Shown: positions 49,257-62,869 of the stretch, one piece after another
Numbering within the stretch: position 1 is the stretch's first letter
How the letters are laid out: every line of letters begins with the position of its first letter
Assembly: GCF_009914755.1 (NCBI RefSeq)
Contig: NC_060928.1
Strand: one strand, 5' to 3'
From: the human T2T-CHM13v2.0 reference genome, Homo sapiens
DNA: 64,000 nt
Made by a program: the position numbers and the translations under genes
The notes under the pieces: model-generated
Told to the model about the DNA's origin: nothing
The model's input: only the letters and a program-made list of their open reading frames with translations
The model's database searches: none

Positions 49257-51965
49257 ATTATTTCTTAATTATAATTCTTTTCTAATTAACAACTATATAT
49301 TTTTTTGAAATTCAACAGATCCTTAGAAAATATGACTCTGAAATAGTTGTAGAAGTATTTGAACAAAATACATTTGAAAACAGTTAAAGGAAGTGTGGCA
49401 AGAGAGTGATCACCCCCACCTCCACACACAGGAACACAAAATTAAATAACTATTCAAAAGAAAGCTTTCATAAAAATTCAGGTAAGTGACCACAGTACCT
49501 GCTTTTAACATCATATCAAGAAAAAACACATAGAAGAGGGTATGAAAGACAGTCTTGAATTGCCAACACCACCGCTTCCCCATCCCCTGGCTGCAGCCAG
49601 TTGGCACAGACAGAATCTGTGTGCTTGGGGAAGGATAGTGCAGGGACTGTGGGGCTTTACATTGGAGCTCAGTGTTGTTTGTAACAAAAGAAAGTGACAA
49701 AGGGCAGCATTCAGCTGGCGTTCATAGAGGAAGCATTTAGATTAGCCCTAGCCAGAGGGGAATTGCCCATTCCAGTGGTCAGATCATGAGCTCTGGCTAG
49801 CCCCAACATCATGGGCTAAAGTGCTCTTTAGTCCTAAAAAACCTGAAAGACAGTCAAAGCAACAAAGATTGCAATTTTTTGGAAAGTCCTGGTGCTATGC
49901 TAGACTTGGATCTGGTGGACTTAGGGTGCATGTGACCTAGTGAGGCACTAGTTGGGGCAGCCAAGAGAGTTCTTGCATCACCTTTTCCCTAACCCCAGGC
50001 AGCTCAACTCGCAGCTCTGGGAGAGACCACTTCCTTCTGCTTGAGGAGAGGAGATGAGAGCATAAAGAGGACTTTGTCTTACAACTTGGATACCAGCTAA
50101 GCTGTATTAGATTAGGGCATCAGACAGAGTCCTGAGGCCCCCATTTGAGGCCTTAGATCCCAGATAACATCATAGACACACCCTGAGCTATAAGGAAACT
50201 TGCTGCCTTGAAGGAAAAAACCTTGCTCTGTAAGGATTCATCATCTGCTAACTAAAGAGCCCTTGAGCCTTGGAAAAATGTCAGCAGTAGCCAGGCAGTA
50301 CTTGTTATGAGTCTTGAGTGAGAACCAGTGATGTGCTAGCTTCTGGTGTGACCCAGCACATTCTCAGCTGTGGAGGCCAAAGGGACAGACTCCCTCTGCT
50401 TGAGGAAAGGAACGGGAAGAGTGAAGGGGATATGGACTTGCATCTTGTGTAGCAGCTTGGCCACAGTATGGTAGAGTACCAGGTAGGCTCCTGGGCTCCC
50501 TGATTCAAGAAAATGACTCCTGAGCAGCATTTCTGGACCTTCACAGGGATTGAGTGGAGCTCACCACCTTGAAGGGAAGGACAAAAACCTGGCTGGATTT
50601 GCCACCTGCTGAGTGAAGAGCCTTTGGGCCTCAAGTGAAAATTGATGGTAGTCGGGTAGTGGTTGCTGCAAAGCCCAGTACTGTGCTAAATTTGGTTCTG
50701 ACCCAACACGGTCCCAGTGGTGGTGGCTCCAGGGGTACTTATGTCACCCCTCCCCAGCTCCAGGCAGCACAGCAAGGAGAGAGAAACTCTGTTTGGGAGA
50801 AAGTAAGGGAAGAGAAAAGTCTCTGCATGTTAATCTAGATAATTCTCTCAGATCTTACCCAAGGAAACTAAGGCAGTACCTTTTCTAGTCTGCAAGAGTC
50901 ACAATATCACATGGCTTGGGACGCCTCCTAATGCAGATATGGCTGCATGACCAAAGACTTAAATTATAACACTCAATTCCATTTGAATACTTGAAGGAAG
51001 GACAGATACAAAAAACAAACAAACAAACTGAGAAGACTGTAATAAATACCTAACTCTTCAATGCCCAGAAATCAATGAACATCCACAAGCATCACCACCA
51101 TCGAGGAAAACATGACATCACCAAAAACCAGACATGAAGAAGGAATAAACACCTTTCCCAGGCCAACAAAAGCTGAGAAGATTCATCAATACCAGCCAGA
51201 CTCTACAAGAAATGCTAAAGACAGTTTTCAATCTGAAAGAAAAGGAAGCTAATCAGCAATGAGGAAACATCTGAAGGTGCAAAACTCACCGGTAATAGTA
51301 AGTATACAGACAAACAGAATATTATAGCACTGTAATTGTGGTGTATAAACTACTCAGATCTTGAGTAGAAAAACTAAAAGATAAAGCTATGAAGAATGAA
51401 AACTACAACAATTTTTTCATGATACAGGCAATACAATACGATATAAACAGAAACAACATAAAGTTCAAAAAGCAAGGGGATACAGGTAAAGTGTAGAGTT
51501 TTTATTAATTTTCTCTTTGCTTGTCTATTGGTTTGTGCAGTCAGGGTTAAGCTGTCACCAGCTTAACATAATGTTTTGTTATTTTGCCAGCCTCATGGTA
51601 ACCTCAAATCAAAAAACCTACAACAGATACATAAAATATAAAAAGCAAGAAATTAAAATATACCACCAGAGAAAATCATCTTCACAAAACGTAAGACAGG
51701 AAGGAAGGAAGAAAGAACATACAACAAAACAATTAGAACACAAATAACAAAATGGTGGTAGTAAGTCATTACTTATCAATAATAACATACGATGTAAATG
51801 GACTAAACTCTTCACTCAAAAGACAGAGTAGCTGAATGAGTAAAAACAAACAAAAGACCTAACACTCTGTTGCCTACAAGAAGCACACTTCATTACAAAG
51901 ACACACATATACTGAAAATAAAGAGATAAATAAAAGATATTCCATGCAAATAGAAACCAATAAAA

Positions 51966-52280
51966 GGCTGGGCATGGTGGCTTACGCCTGTGATCCTGGC
52001 ACTTTGGGAGGACAAGGCAGACAGATCACCTGAGGTCAGGAGTTTGAGACCAGCCTGGACAACATGACAAAACTCTGTCTCTACTAAACATTTAAATAAA
52101 TAAATAAATAGCTGGGTGTGGTGGCATGTGCCTCTAATTCCAGCTACTCACCAGGCTGAGGCAGGAGAAACACTTGAACCTGGGAGGTGGAGGCTGCAGT
52201 GGGCCAAAATTGTGCTACTGCTCTCTAGCCTGGGTGACAGAGCGGGACTCTGTCTCAAAAAGGAAATAAATAAATAAATA
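51966..52280 (+). mobile_element. AluS nested in L1MA ORF2
   Basis: ggctgggcatggtggc start, (TAAA)n in linker and tail; TSD aaaccaa(t/a)aaa. Confidence 0.93.
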
Positions 52281-53003
52281 AAACCAAAAAAGAGCAAGAG
52301 TAGTTATACTTACCTCAGACAAATAAGATTTTAAAACAAAAACTATAAAAAGAGACAAAGGAGGTTATTATATGATGATAAAGGGGTCTATTCAACAGGA
52401 GGATACAGCAATTATAAATTCGGATGCACCCAATACTGGAGCACACAGATATATAAAGTAAATACTATTAAAGAGAGACACAGACCTCAATATTATAATA
52501 CCTGGAGACTTCAGTACCCTACTTTCAGCATGAGACAGGTCATCCATACAGAAAATCAACAAAGAAACGTCAGATTTAATTTGCGCCTATAGACAAAATG
52601 GATCTAATAGATATTGACAGAACATTTTATCAAATTGCTGCAAAATACACATTCTTCTCCTTAGCACACGGATCATTCTCAAAGATAGGCCATGTTAGGC
52701 CACACAAACTTAAGAAATCCAAAAAACTTGAAATTATATCAAGTATCTTCTCTGACCACAGTGGAATCAAACTAGAAGTCAATAACAAAAGGAATTACGG
52801 AAACAATTGAAACACATAGAAATTAAACATGTTTCTGAATGAGCAATGGGTCACTGAAGAAATTAAGAAGTAAATTTTAAAATTTCTTGAAGCAAATGAA
52901 AATGGAAGCACAACATATCAAAATCTATGGGCTGCCGTGAAAGCAGTGCTAAGAGAAAAGTTTATAGCAATAATCCCCCACATCAGAAAAGTAGAAAAAC
53001 TTT

Positions 53004-53085
53004 GGCCAACCACCATGGCTCCACCTGTAAATCCCAGCACTTTGGGAGGCTGAAGTGGGCGAATCACTTGAGATCAGGAGTTTGA
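53004..53085 (+). mobile_element. 3'-truncated tailless Alu fragment with TSD
   Basis: First ~82 nt of the Alu left arm only, flanked by agaaaagtagaaaaa(c/t)tt direct repeats. Confidence 0.88.
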
Positions 53086-54888
53086 GAAAAGTAGAAAAAT
53101 TTCAAATAAACAACTTAATGATGCATCTTAATGATACAGAATATCAAGAGCAAACCAAATCAAAAATTGGTAGAAAAAAGAAATAAATACCAGAACACAA
53201 ATAAATAAAATTAAAATGACAAAAACAATACAGATGATTAACAAAATGAAAAGTTGAATTTTTTAAAAGATAAACAAAATTATCAAACCTTCATTCAGAC
53301 AAAGAAAAAAAAGGGAGAAGACCCAAATAAATAAAATCACATATTAAAAAGAGGATATTACAACTGATAACACAAAGATCAAAGAATCATTAGAGACTAC
53401 TATGAACAACTTTATTCCAATACATTAGAAAACCTAAAAGAAGTGGATAAACCCCTAGATACATAAAACCTACCAACATTGAATCATAAAGAAATCTAAA
53501 ACTTGAATAGACCAATGACAAGTAATGAGATGGAAGCCTTAATAAAAAGTCTTCCAGCAAAGAAAAGCATGACACTTGATGGCTTCACTGCTGAATTATA
53601 CCAAACATGTAATGAAGAACTAATACCAATCCTTCTCTATCTACTCCAAAATACAGAAAAGAAGGGAATATTTCCAAACTCATTCTATGAGACCAGTATA
53701 ACCCTGATACCAAAATTAGACAGACAATTAAAAAAAATAAAACTATAGGCCAATATCCCTGATAAACATTGTTGCAAAAAACCTCAACAAAACACTAGCA
53801 AAACCAAATTCAACAGCACATTAAAGAGCTTATTCATGACGACCATGAGGGTTTTAACCCAGAGATGCAAGGATGGCTTAACATGTGCAAATCAATCATT
53901 GTGATATATTATATCAACAGAATGAGGAACCAAATCCATATGATCATTTCAATTGATGCTGAAAAAGCATTTGATAAAATTCAACATTCCTTCATGATAA
54001 AAACCCTCCAAAAACTGGGTATAGAAGTTATATGGTTTGGCTCTGTGTCCCAACCCAAATCTCATCTCATATTGTAATCCCCACGTGTCAAAGGAGGGAC
54101 CTGGTGGGAGGTGATTGGATCATGGGGGTGACTCCCCCATGCTGTTCTCATAACAGTGAGTGAGTTATCATGAAAGCTGATGGTTTTAAAGTATGGCAGT
54201 TCCTCTCTCTCTCACTCTCTCTCTCTCTCTCCTCCTGCCAAGTGAAGAAGGTCCCTGCTTCCTCTTTGACTTCCACCATGATTATAAGTTTCCTGAGCCC
54301 TCCATATCCATGAAGAACTGTGAGTCAATTAAACATCTTTTCTTTATAAATTACCCAGTCTCAGCTAGTTCTTTATAGCATTATGAAAATGGACTAATTC
54401 AGAAAATTGGTACCAAGAGTTTGGGGCACTGCTATAATATGCCTCAAAATATGGAAACAACTTTGGAACTAGGTAACAGCCAGAGGTTGGAACAGTATGG
54501 AAGGCTAAGAAGAAGACATAAAGATAAAGGAAAGTTTGGAACTTCCTAGAGACTTCTTGAATTGTTTTGACCAAATTGCTAGTAGTAATTTGGACAATGA
54601 AGTCCAGACTGAAGGGGTCTCAGATGAAGATGAGCAACTTATTGGGAACTAGAATAAAAATGACTCTTCCCATGCTTTAGTAAAGAGACTGGTGGCATTT
54701 TGCTCCTGCCCTAGAGATATGTGAACATGAGAGATAACTTTAAACATGAAAGAAATGATTTAGGGTATCTGGCAGAAGGAATTTCTAAGCAGCAAAGCAT
54801 GTAAGATGTGACCTGACTTTTATAGTCATATTTACTCACAAAGAGATGATATGAAATTGGAACTTATGTTTAAAAGGGAAGCAGAGTA

Positions 54889-55185
54889 GGCCAGTTCTGG
54901 TGGCTCACACCTGTAATCTCAGCACTTTGGGAGGCCAAGACGGGCAGATCACCTGAGGTAAGGAGTTCAAGACCAGCCTGGTCAACATGGAGAAACCCCA
55001 TCTCTACTTAAAAATACAAAAATTAGTCAGGTGAGATGGCAGGAGCCTGTAATCCCAGCTACTTAGGAGGCTGAGGCAGAAGAATCCCTTGAACCTGGGA
55101 GGTGGAGGTGTGGAGGTTGCAGTAAGCTGAGATCGCACCAGTGCATTCCAGCCTGGCTGACAGAGCAAAACTCAGATTCCAAAAA
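54889..55185 (+). mobile_element. AluS nested in the MaLR internal region
   Basis: Full dimer; TSD aaaagggaagcagagta / aaaaggaagcagtgta. Confidence 0.93.
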
Positions 55186-56467
55186 AAAAGGAAGCAGTGT
55201 ATAAAAGTTTGAAAAAATTTCTAAGAAAAACCCACTTTCTGGGGAGAAATTTAAGCCAGCTGCAGAAATGTGCATAAGTAAAAAGAAGCTGAATGTTAAT
55301 AGATAAGACAATGAGGAAAATGTCTCCAGGGCATTTCAGAGATCTTCACAGTAGCCCCTCCCATCACAGGCCCAGAAGCCTAGGAGGGAAAAAATGGGTT
55401 TATGGGCCAGACCCGCTGCTCTGTGCAGACTTGAGACATGGTGCCCTGCATTCCAGCCACTCCAGCTTCAGCCATGAAGGGGCCAACGTGCAACTCAGGC
55501 CTCATGCCTGACAACTTTCATGTGGTGTTGGACCTGCAGGTACACAGAAGACAAGAGTTGAGATTTGGAAGCCTCCATCTAGATTTCAGAGGGTGTATGG
55601 AAACACCTGGATGCCCAGGTAGAAGTCTGCTACAGGGGCAGAGCTCTCATGGATAATCTCTACTAGGGAAATCCTGAGGGGAAATGTGGAGTTGAAGCCC
55701 TCACACATAGTCCTCACTGGGGCACTACCTAGAGCTATGAGAAGGGAGCCACTGTCCTTCGGATCCCAGAATGGTAGATCGACCAACAGCTTGAACTGTG
55801 CACTTGGAAAAGTCAAAGCCACTCAATGCCAGCCTGGGAAAGTGGCTATGGGAGCTGTACCCTGCAGAGTCACAGAGGTGGAGCTTCCCAAGGCCTTGGG
55901 AGCTCACCCATTGCATCAGCGTGCCCTGGATGTGAGACATGGAGTCAAAGGAGATCATTTTGGAGCTTTAAGAATTAATGAGCTCCCTGCTGGGTTTTGG
56001 ACTTGGATGGGGCCTGCAGCCCTTTGTTTTGGTCAATTTCTCCCATTTGGAATGGAAACATTTAACCAATGCCTGTATCCCCATTGTATCTTGGAAGTAA
56101 CTAACTTGTTTTGTTTATTTTACTGGCTCATAGGCAAAAGGGACTTGCTTTGTCTCAGATGAGACCTTGGACTTGGACTTTTGAATCAATGCAGGAATGA
56201 GTTAAGACTATGGGGGGCTGTTGGGAGGGCATGATTGGTTTTGATATGTGAAAAGGACATGAGATTTGGGAGGGACCAAGGCAGAATGAAATAGTTGAGC
56301 ACTGTGTTTCCACCAAAATCTCATCTTGAATTGTAATCCCCACAAGATAAGTGAGGGACCTGGTGCAGAGTGATTGGATCATGAAGACAGTTTCCCTCAT
56401 GCTGTTCTCATGACATTGAGTGAGGTCTCATGAAAACTGATGGTTTTAAACTGTGGCATTTCCTCAC

Positions 56468-56470
<3 letters not shown>

Positions 56471-56518
<48 letters not shown>

Positions 56519-56526
56519 TTCTCTCC
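56471..56526. repeat. (CT)n microsatellite inside the 3' LTR
   Basis: About 20 pure CT units followed by degenerate units. Confidence 0.95.
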
Positions 56527-59134
56527 TTCCCTCCTGCTGTAATATGAAGAAGGTTCTTCCTCTTCAGCTTCCAACATGATTGTAATTTTCCTGAGGCTTC
56601 CCCAGCCATGCAGAACTTTGAGTCGATTAATCCTTTCTTTATAAATTACCCAGTCTCAGGTAGTTCTCTATAGCAGTGTGAAAACACACTAATACAAGAA
56701 GAAATATATCTCAACACAAGTAAAGTCATACAGGATAGACCCACAGCTAGTAAAATACTGAATGGGGAAAAAACTGAAAGCCTTTCCTTTAAGATCTGGA
56801 ACATGACAAGAATGTCTAGTTTCACACCATTATTCAATGTAGTACTGAAAGTTCTAACTAGAGCAATCAGACTAGAGAAAGAAAGAAAGGACATTCAAAT
56901 TGGAAAGGAAGAAATCAAATTATCTTTGATTTCAGATGATATGATCTCATATTTGGAAAAAACTAAAGACTCCATCAGAAACTATTAGAAATGATAAATA
57001 AATTTAGTAAATTTGCAAAATATAAAATCTACACAGAAAAATGAGTAGCATTTCTATATGCCAACAGGAAAAAATTTGAAGAAGTAATCAAGAAATGAAT
57101 CTCATTTACCATAGCTACAAAAAATATAAAATACCTAGGAACAAACTTAACCAAAGAAATGAAAAATCTCTACAATGAAAACTATAAAACACTGATGAAA
57201 GTAATTGAAGAGGATACCAAGAAATGGAAATGTATTCCAAGTTCATGAACTGGAAGAATCAATGTTGTTAAAATGTCCATACTATCCAAATCAAACTATA
57301 GATTTAATGCAATCCTTATCAAACTACCCATGACATTCTTCATAGAAATAGAAAAAAAAAAATCCTAAAATTTATATGGAACCACAAAAGGCCTAGAATA
57401 GCCAAGGCCATGCTGAGGAAAATAAAAATAAGAAAAAACTTGAGGATCACATTACTTGGCTTCAAATTATGCTACAGAGCTATAATATAACAAAAATAGG
57501 ATGATATTAACATAAAAATAGATACATAGAGCAATGAAACACAATAGAGATCTCGCAGTAAATTCGTAAATATACTATGAACTCATTGTCATCAGAGGTG
57601 CCAAGAATATGCGTTGGGTAACGAACAACCTCTTCAATAATTGGTGCTGGGAAACTTGATATCCATATGCAGAAGAATGAAATTAGACTTCTATCTCTTG
57701 CCATCAAAATGGTTTAAAAACTTAAATCTAGGAACTGAGACAATGAAGCAACTAAAAGAAAACATTGGGGAAAATTTCCAGACATTGAACTGGGCTAAGA
57801 TTTATTGAGTAATACCCGACAAGCACAGGCATCCGAAGCAAAAAATGAAAAAATCAGATCATATTAAGTTAAAAGGCTTCTGCACAGCAAAGGAAATAAT
57901 CAACAAAGTGAAAGACAACCCACAGAAGAGGAGACAATATTTGCAAACTACTCATCTCACAAGGGATTAAAAACAGAATATATAAGGAGCTCAAACAACT
58001 CTATAGGAAAAAAAACTAATAATTCAATAAAAATGGGCAAAAGATCTAAATAGACATTTTTCAAGAGAAGACATACAAATGAGAAACAGTTATATGAGAA
58101 GGTGCTCAACATCAGTGATTATCAGAGAAATGCAAATCAAAACTACAATGACAAATCATCTCACCCAAGTTAAAATGGCTTTTACCCAAAGGACAGGCAA
58201 TAAAAAATGCTGGCAAGGATGTGGAGAAACGGGAACCCTCATAGACTGTTGTAAGAATCTAAATTAGTACAAGAAATATGGAGCATTCCAGTGCTCAGCA
58301 TATACTCGAAAGAAAGAAAATCATTATATCAAAGAGATATCTCCATCCCTATGCAGATATCTATTGCAGCACTATTCACAATAGCCAATGTTTGGAAGCA
58401 ACCTATGTCTCCATCAACAGACAAATGGAAAGAAAGTGTGTTACATATACATGATGTAGTACTACTCAGCCATAGAAATGAATGAGATACTTTCATTTTC
58501 AACAACATGAATGGAACTGAAGGACATTATGTAAAGTGAAATAAGTCAAACACAGAAAGACAAAATTATCCTGTTCTCACTTACTTGTGGGAGCTAAAAA
58601 TTGAAACAATTGAACTCATGGATATAGAGAGAATAAGGATGGTTACCAGCAGCTGGGAAGGGTATTGAGGAAAAGAAAGTGTAAATAGCTAATGGGAATA
58701 AAAATACAGTCAGATAGAATAAATAAGAACTTGTATCTGATAGCACAACGGGGTGAATACAGTCAACCATAATTTATTGCACATTTTAAAATAACTAAAA
58801 GAGTATAATTGAAATGTTTCTAACACAAAGAAATGATAAACATTTGAGATGATGGATATTTTGTTCACCCAGATATGATTTTTCTGCATTGCATGTCTGT
58901 TTCAAATTATCAGGTCCCCAACAAACTTATAGAACTACCATGCACTCATTTAAATTTTAAAAATACAGTTAATAATATATGAGTTCCTGAATCCTTTTGA
59001 AGAAGTCTCAACATAAATAGGGGTACTGGTCTCTGACACAAAAATGAAATTTCATTATCAACTATAAATTCTGAATTGTCTAGAAATATTATGTTGTAAC
59101 ATTGCAACAAAAATCATTCACAACATAGGTTGTG

Positions 59135-59680
59135 TTTCATATCAGTCAGGACAAGCTAGGTAAGGCTGTGGTATCAATCAAATAAAATTTTCAGCAGCTA
59201 AACACATTAACACCTTATTTTTATTTATGCTACATATCTAATGTGAGTCTGGAGGGGAAAAGTACTAATTCTCATAGTTTATCAGGATTATGACGTAAGA
59301 AAGGGTCCATTTCAATATATGCGTTCACCATCAGCTATACGGGGCAGAAAGAAGGTGGCAAAGTAAAATTAATTTTGAAATTTCTGGGCAGAATTGACAC
59401 TCACATTTCTCACCATGAAAAATGATAGAGACATGCCTAACTTCAAAGGAGGTGTAGAAATGTAATAGTATCCTGTGGATGGACAGAAGAGAAGAAAATG
59501 CCAGAGGACTGACATATGAGAATATATATGTGAACCCGGGAGGCAGAGCTTGCAGTAAGCCGAGATCGCGCCACTGCACTCCAGCCTGGGCGACAGAGTG
59601 AGACTCTGTCTCAAAAAAAAAAAAAAAAAAAGAAACAAAACAAAACAAAAAAGAGTGTATATGAGTAGTACCAATGTGAA
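59135..59680 (-). mobile_element. Old MaLR LTR (MLT1K/J-like) interrupted by an AluY fragment
   Basis: atatcagtcaggacaagctaggtaaggctgtgg; catgcctaacttcaaagg. Confidence 0.65.
59530..59652 (+). mobile_element. 5'-truncated AluY (3' part of right arm)
   Basis: gtgaacccgggaggcagagcttgcagt AluY diagnostics, retained CpGs, A tail; degenerate TSD aga(a/g)t(a/g)tatatg. Confidence 0.9.
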
Positions 59681-59774
59681 AAGTTTTGCTGTTGATAACT
59701 CTAATAAAAATAGTTATGAACAATATTTTAAGAAAACAATTATTCCATTTTGACAGATCATTTTAAAATCTCAC

Positions 59775-60264
59775 TGATGAAATACCAGAAGAAACACATC
59801 GATAAGCAATAATAATGTCAGTAATGATAAAGTATATTGAGCTTGCCACAGCAAGGAAGAGTGCACCTCAGAGCAAGTATGGGGCATCACATAGGACAGA
59901 ATTGGTGGTTTGAAGGAGCTCTGGGCTTCTAACAGGATTTGCCCTTGTGCTGGACGTTTTCAGAAGGTTCAGGCAGTGAGGGCTACTTGCTGGTTGCACT
60001 CTGTCAAGTGGGAGGAATTCTCTGATCCAGTGCTTTGACAATTGCGATGTGGGCAGACTGGGGACAGCCTAGAACTGTCATTGCCTGAGGAGCAGCTGTC
60101 ATCTCTGTTGGCAGTGAGACTGTGCAATGGCCTTGCTTGTACCCCTGGTTCAGTCCAGCTCACAGAACTGTCTTGCTGAAGCACTTATATTTTATAAGCA
60201 TTATTGATATGTAGTTAAAAATATTATGTCCTGGCTGCCAGCAGAGCCATTTCTGCTTTTCACA
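59775..60264 (-). mobile_element. ERV-type solo LTR, family not identified
   Basis: GC-elevated ~490-bp block bounded by tg...ca with an LTR-like end (gccatttctgcttttcaca). Confidence 0.45.
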
Positions 60265-60469
60265 AAATTTAATAGCTTGGAATTTATTATTTTAAATAAA
60301 ATTCAGTTGTCATTACGGCCAAAAAGATTAAGTTTAAGTTTATTTTACCAGGATGCTTATAGGTAGCACTGTGCAGTTGCAGTGTTAGGGTCAGTGCCTT
60401 CACTCTGTCTTCAGTTCATTGCCTAAGCTGGTGATAACTGATGAAAAGAAAATATAGATTTATATTGGA

Positions 60470-60695
60470 AAAGTGAAGATGGTAAAAATGCACTGACCTA
60501 AGAACGGAAGACAGTTTTGGACTTGATATGAAGGAATTATGTAATCCTAGCAAGTACATTAACTCTCTCTGCAGTTCTCCACTGCAGTCTTAACATTAGT
60601 GATTAATTTGATGATACATAGTTAGAATTCCATGACTATTACAGGTTTTCAAAGCACAGAAAGTACAAGGTTTCTCTAAGTGCTAGTTATTATTG
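60470..60695 (+). mobile_element. MIR fragment
   Basis: gcactgacctaagaac...gcaagtacattaactctctctgcagttctcc...aagtgctagttattatt. Confidence 0.5.
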
Positions 60696-60945
60696 TTCTT
60701 TCATGTCTGCTTTAAAGATTTATTCAAGCAACTTGCTGATATTTAAACTAAAAAGTTAGAATTTTTGAATATTGTATATTGAATAATTTCAGGTGACTCA
60801 TCTAAAATAATATCAGCAACAAACCCTCCATGTCAGAAGTGTATCCTTTTGTGAAAACAATGTATAGCATTTCATTTTTGAATTCTCACTAGGTGCAAGC
60901 TACATTTCTTTTATTTGTAAACCCAGCAGAGTAGCTTAAAAGTAA

Positions 60946-60946
<1 letters not shown>

Positions 60947-60986
<40 letters not shown>
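60947..60986. repeat. (CA)20 microsatellite
   Basis: Pure CA run counted directly. Confidence 0.97.
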
Positions 60987-60989
<3 letters not shown>

Positions 60990-61474
60990 CTTCCCAGATA
61001 TACAAACACAAAGTGTCTTATTGGGAAAGGTCAAAGTTATTTACCCAGAAAATTAATATAATAAAAGTAATAAATATTTAAGAATGAAATGTTTAAAAAG
61101 ATGGCATGACTAAGTATGGAAATTATTAATCATATATAGCATGCAGTATTTCCATATAAAATACAAGAGGAGATGTGCTTGCATTTTTATCAAAAAAAAG
61201 TACTTTAACTGAAACTCTTTTTAAGGTTATTTTAAGTTAAAAAGTACATTCATAAATAACAACCTGAAAAGGTTGGGGTGGTTTGGATGTGAGAAGAGTA
61301 TTTATAAGGAAAGATTTAAGATGGGCTGCTACAGTTTCTTTCCCTTCAATGACTAGAAAGCCAAAGGACAGCAAGGTAAAAGACACCAACATTTGATAGA
61401 AAACAAAGACACTGAGAGAATAAATTTAAGAAGGAATAATTTTAACTGACAGTAGACAAGGGATGCAACAAGAG

Positions 61475-61960
61475 TGTGGTAAATTGATAAATGCTTCCCT
61501 CTCCCCAGAATATCAGATCCTAGTCCCTGGAATGTATAAATGTTACCATATAAGTATAAAAGTTTTTGCAGTTATAATTAAGGATCTGGATATTGGGAGA
61601 TCATCCTGGATCATAAGGGTGGGCCCCAAACAGGATTGCATGTGTCCTTATTAGAGGGAGTGAGAGAATTTTCACACAAATACACACTCACCCATACAGA
61701 AGAAGTGATGTGAAAATGGAGTAGGGAAGGATTCCAAGATACTGGCCTTGAAGTGTGGAGTGATGTCGTCACAAGACCAGGAGTACCTGCAATTGCTAGA
61801 AGAGGTAAAGAGTGGATTCTCCCCTCGAGCCTCCAGAGGACACTCTGCTGACACCTTGCTAATAACTCAGTGGTACTGATATCAGACTTCTGGCTTCCAG
61901 AGCTGTGAAATAATAAATTTCTTTTTTTTTTTTCAGCCCCAGTTTGTGTTAATTTAGACA
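61475..61960 (+). mobile_element. MLT1D-like solo LTR
   Basis: gggagatcatcctggat...gggcccc; attctcccctcgagcctccagagg; cagacttctggcttccagagctgtg. Confidence 0.85.
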
Positions 61961-62869
61961 TCATATGCAAAATAGATTTTTAACATTGCATAGACTCTCT
62001 GATTATTCAAATAACTTATAAAAATAATTAGAAGTCTGCTATTCTATTTTGACCTTACCATTTCAGATACAAGCTCAGAGCCTCATAGTAGCACTGCCAA
62101 AGGAAGCAAAGATAAGCCAGTGTGAAGCCTTTACAGGCACGAGGTTTGTGACAGGCAGTTTATTTTCCGTAAACTGGTAATAAGTTAATTATATTATTTC
62201 TGAAAAAAAATTATAAAAAGTCCCATCAACTAATTGTTTCTATTTTGAGAAAATAGTTTTTTTTCCAAAAGGAATTACTCTGAGTGACAGCTGTCTTCAT
62301 AGCTATTAAAAACCTTTTCAACTTCTGGAACGTAGGCAGCATAATTATAATACTCCGTCCTTGAAAACAATATAATTTGCCAAAAAAGGTTAAAAAAATC
62401 TGTATCTATGCTAAAGTACTAGGAAGTGGTCACAGCCTCATGCCAAACACGTAGAACAATACCTGCCAGATTCATTAGTGTCCAATCTCACTTAAGAGAG
62501 GATGCTTGACAGCTGAGTTGACAAAGCTACCATTTAATGATTTGGGCAGCTAGAAAGAGAGGTAGGTTTGAAGCATAATTTAAAAAATCTATTTTTATGG
62601 CAAATTCATAATGATAATTAGGCCACAAACTTAACATGTAAGAGGGCAACTGAATACACAATTGAGCAATTCAGTAAAAATATAATTTTAGGACACATGA
62701 GTATATGTTTCTGATTTCATGTAGGACTAGGAAGAGACTATCTATAGAGACCTGAAGGGGGGCGGGTGAGAGGACTATGCATTAGAGCCACATTTCATAT
62801 GAGAATTGGCTTTGATAGAATTAACCTCATTCAAAAAAAAAAAAAAGGAAAAGGAACAAGGAAAGAGAC

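Larger units (their letters stand above)
54028..56696 (+). mobile_element. Complete MaLR provirus (THE1D/MSTA: LTR 54028-54401, internal 54402-56286, LTR 56287-56696)
   Basis: Two homologous LTRs; internal region begins gaaaattggtacc and ends in a purine tract; exact TSD agaag at 54023-54027 and 56697-56701. Confidence 0.93.
49388..58964 (+). mobile_element. Near full-length old L1MA (MA1-3-like) with nested elements
   Basis: Long 5' UTR (~49390-51050), deleted ORF1, ORF2 remnants (ORFs at 52598, 53503, 53865, 56803, 58079), L1MA 3' UTR; candidate TSD acagttaa at 49380-49387 and 58965-58972. Confidence 0.88.

Noticed and set aside
62749-62768. CTCF- or SP1-like cctgaaggggggcggg
   Set aside because: Imperfect CTCF spacing and an isolated GC box without CpG-island context.
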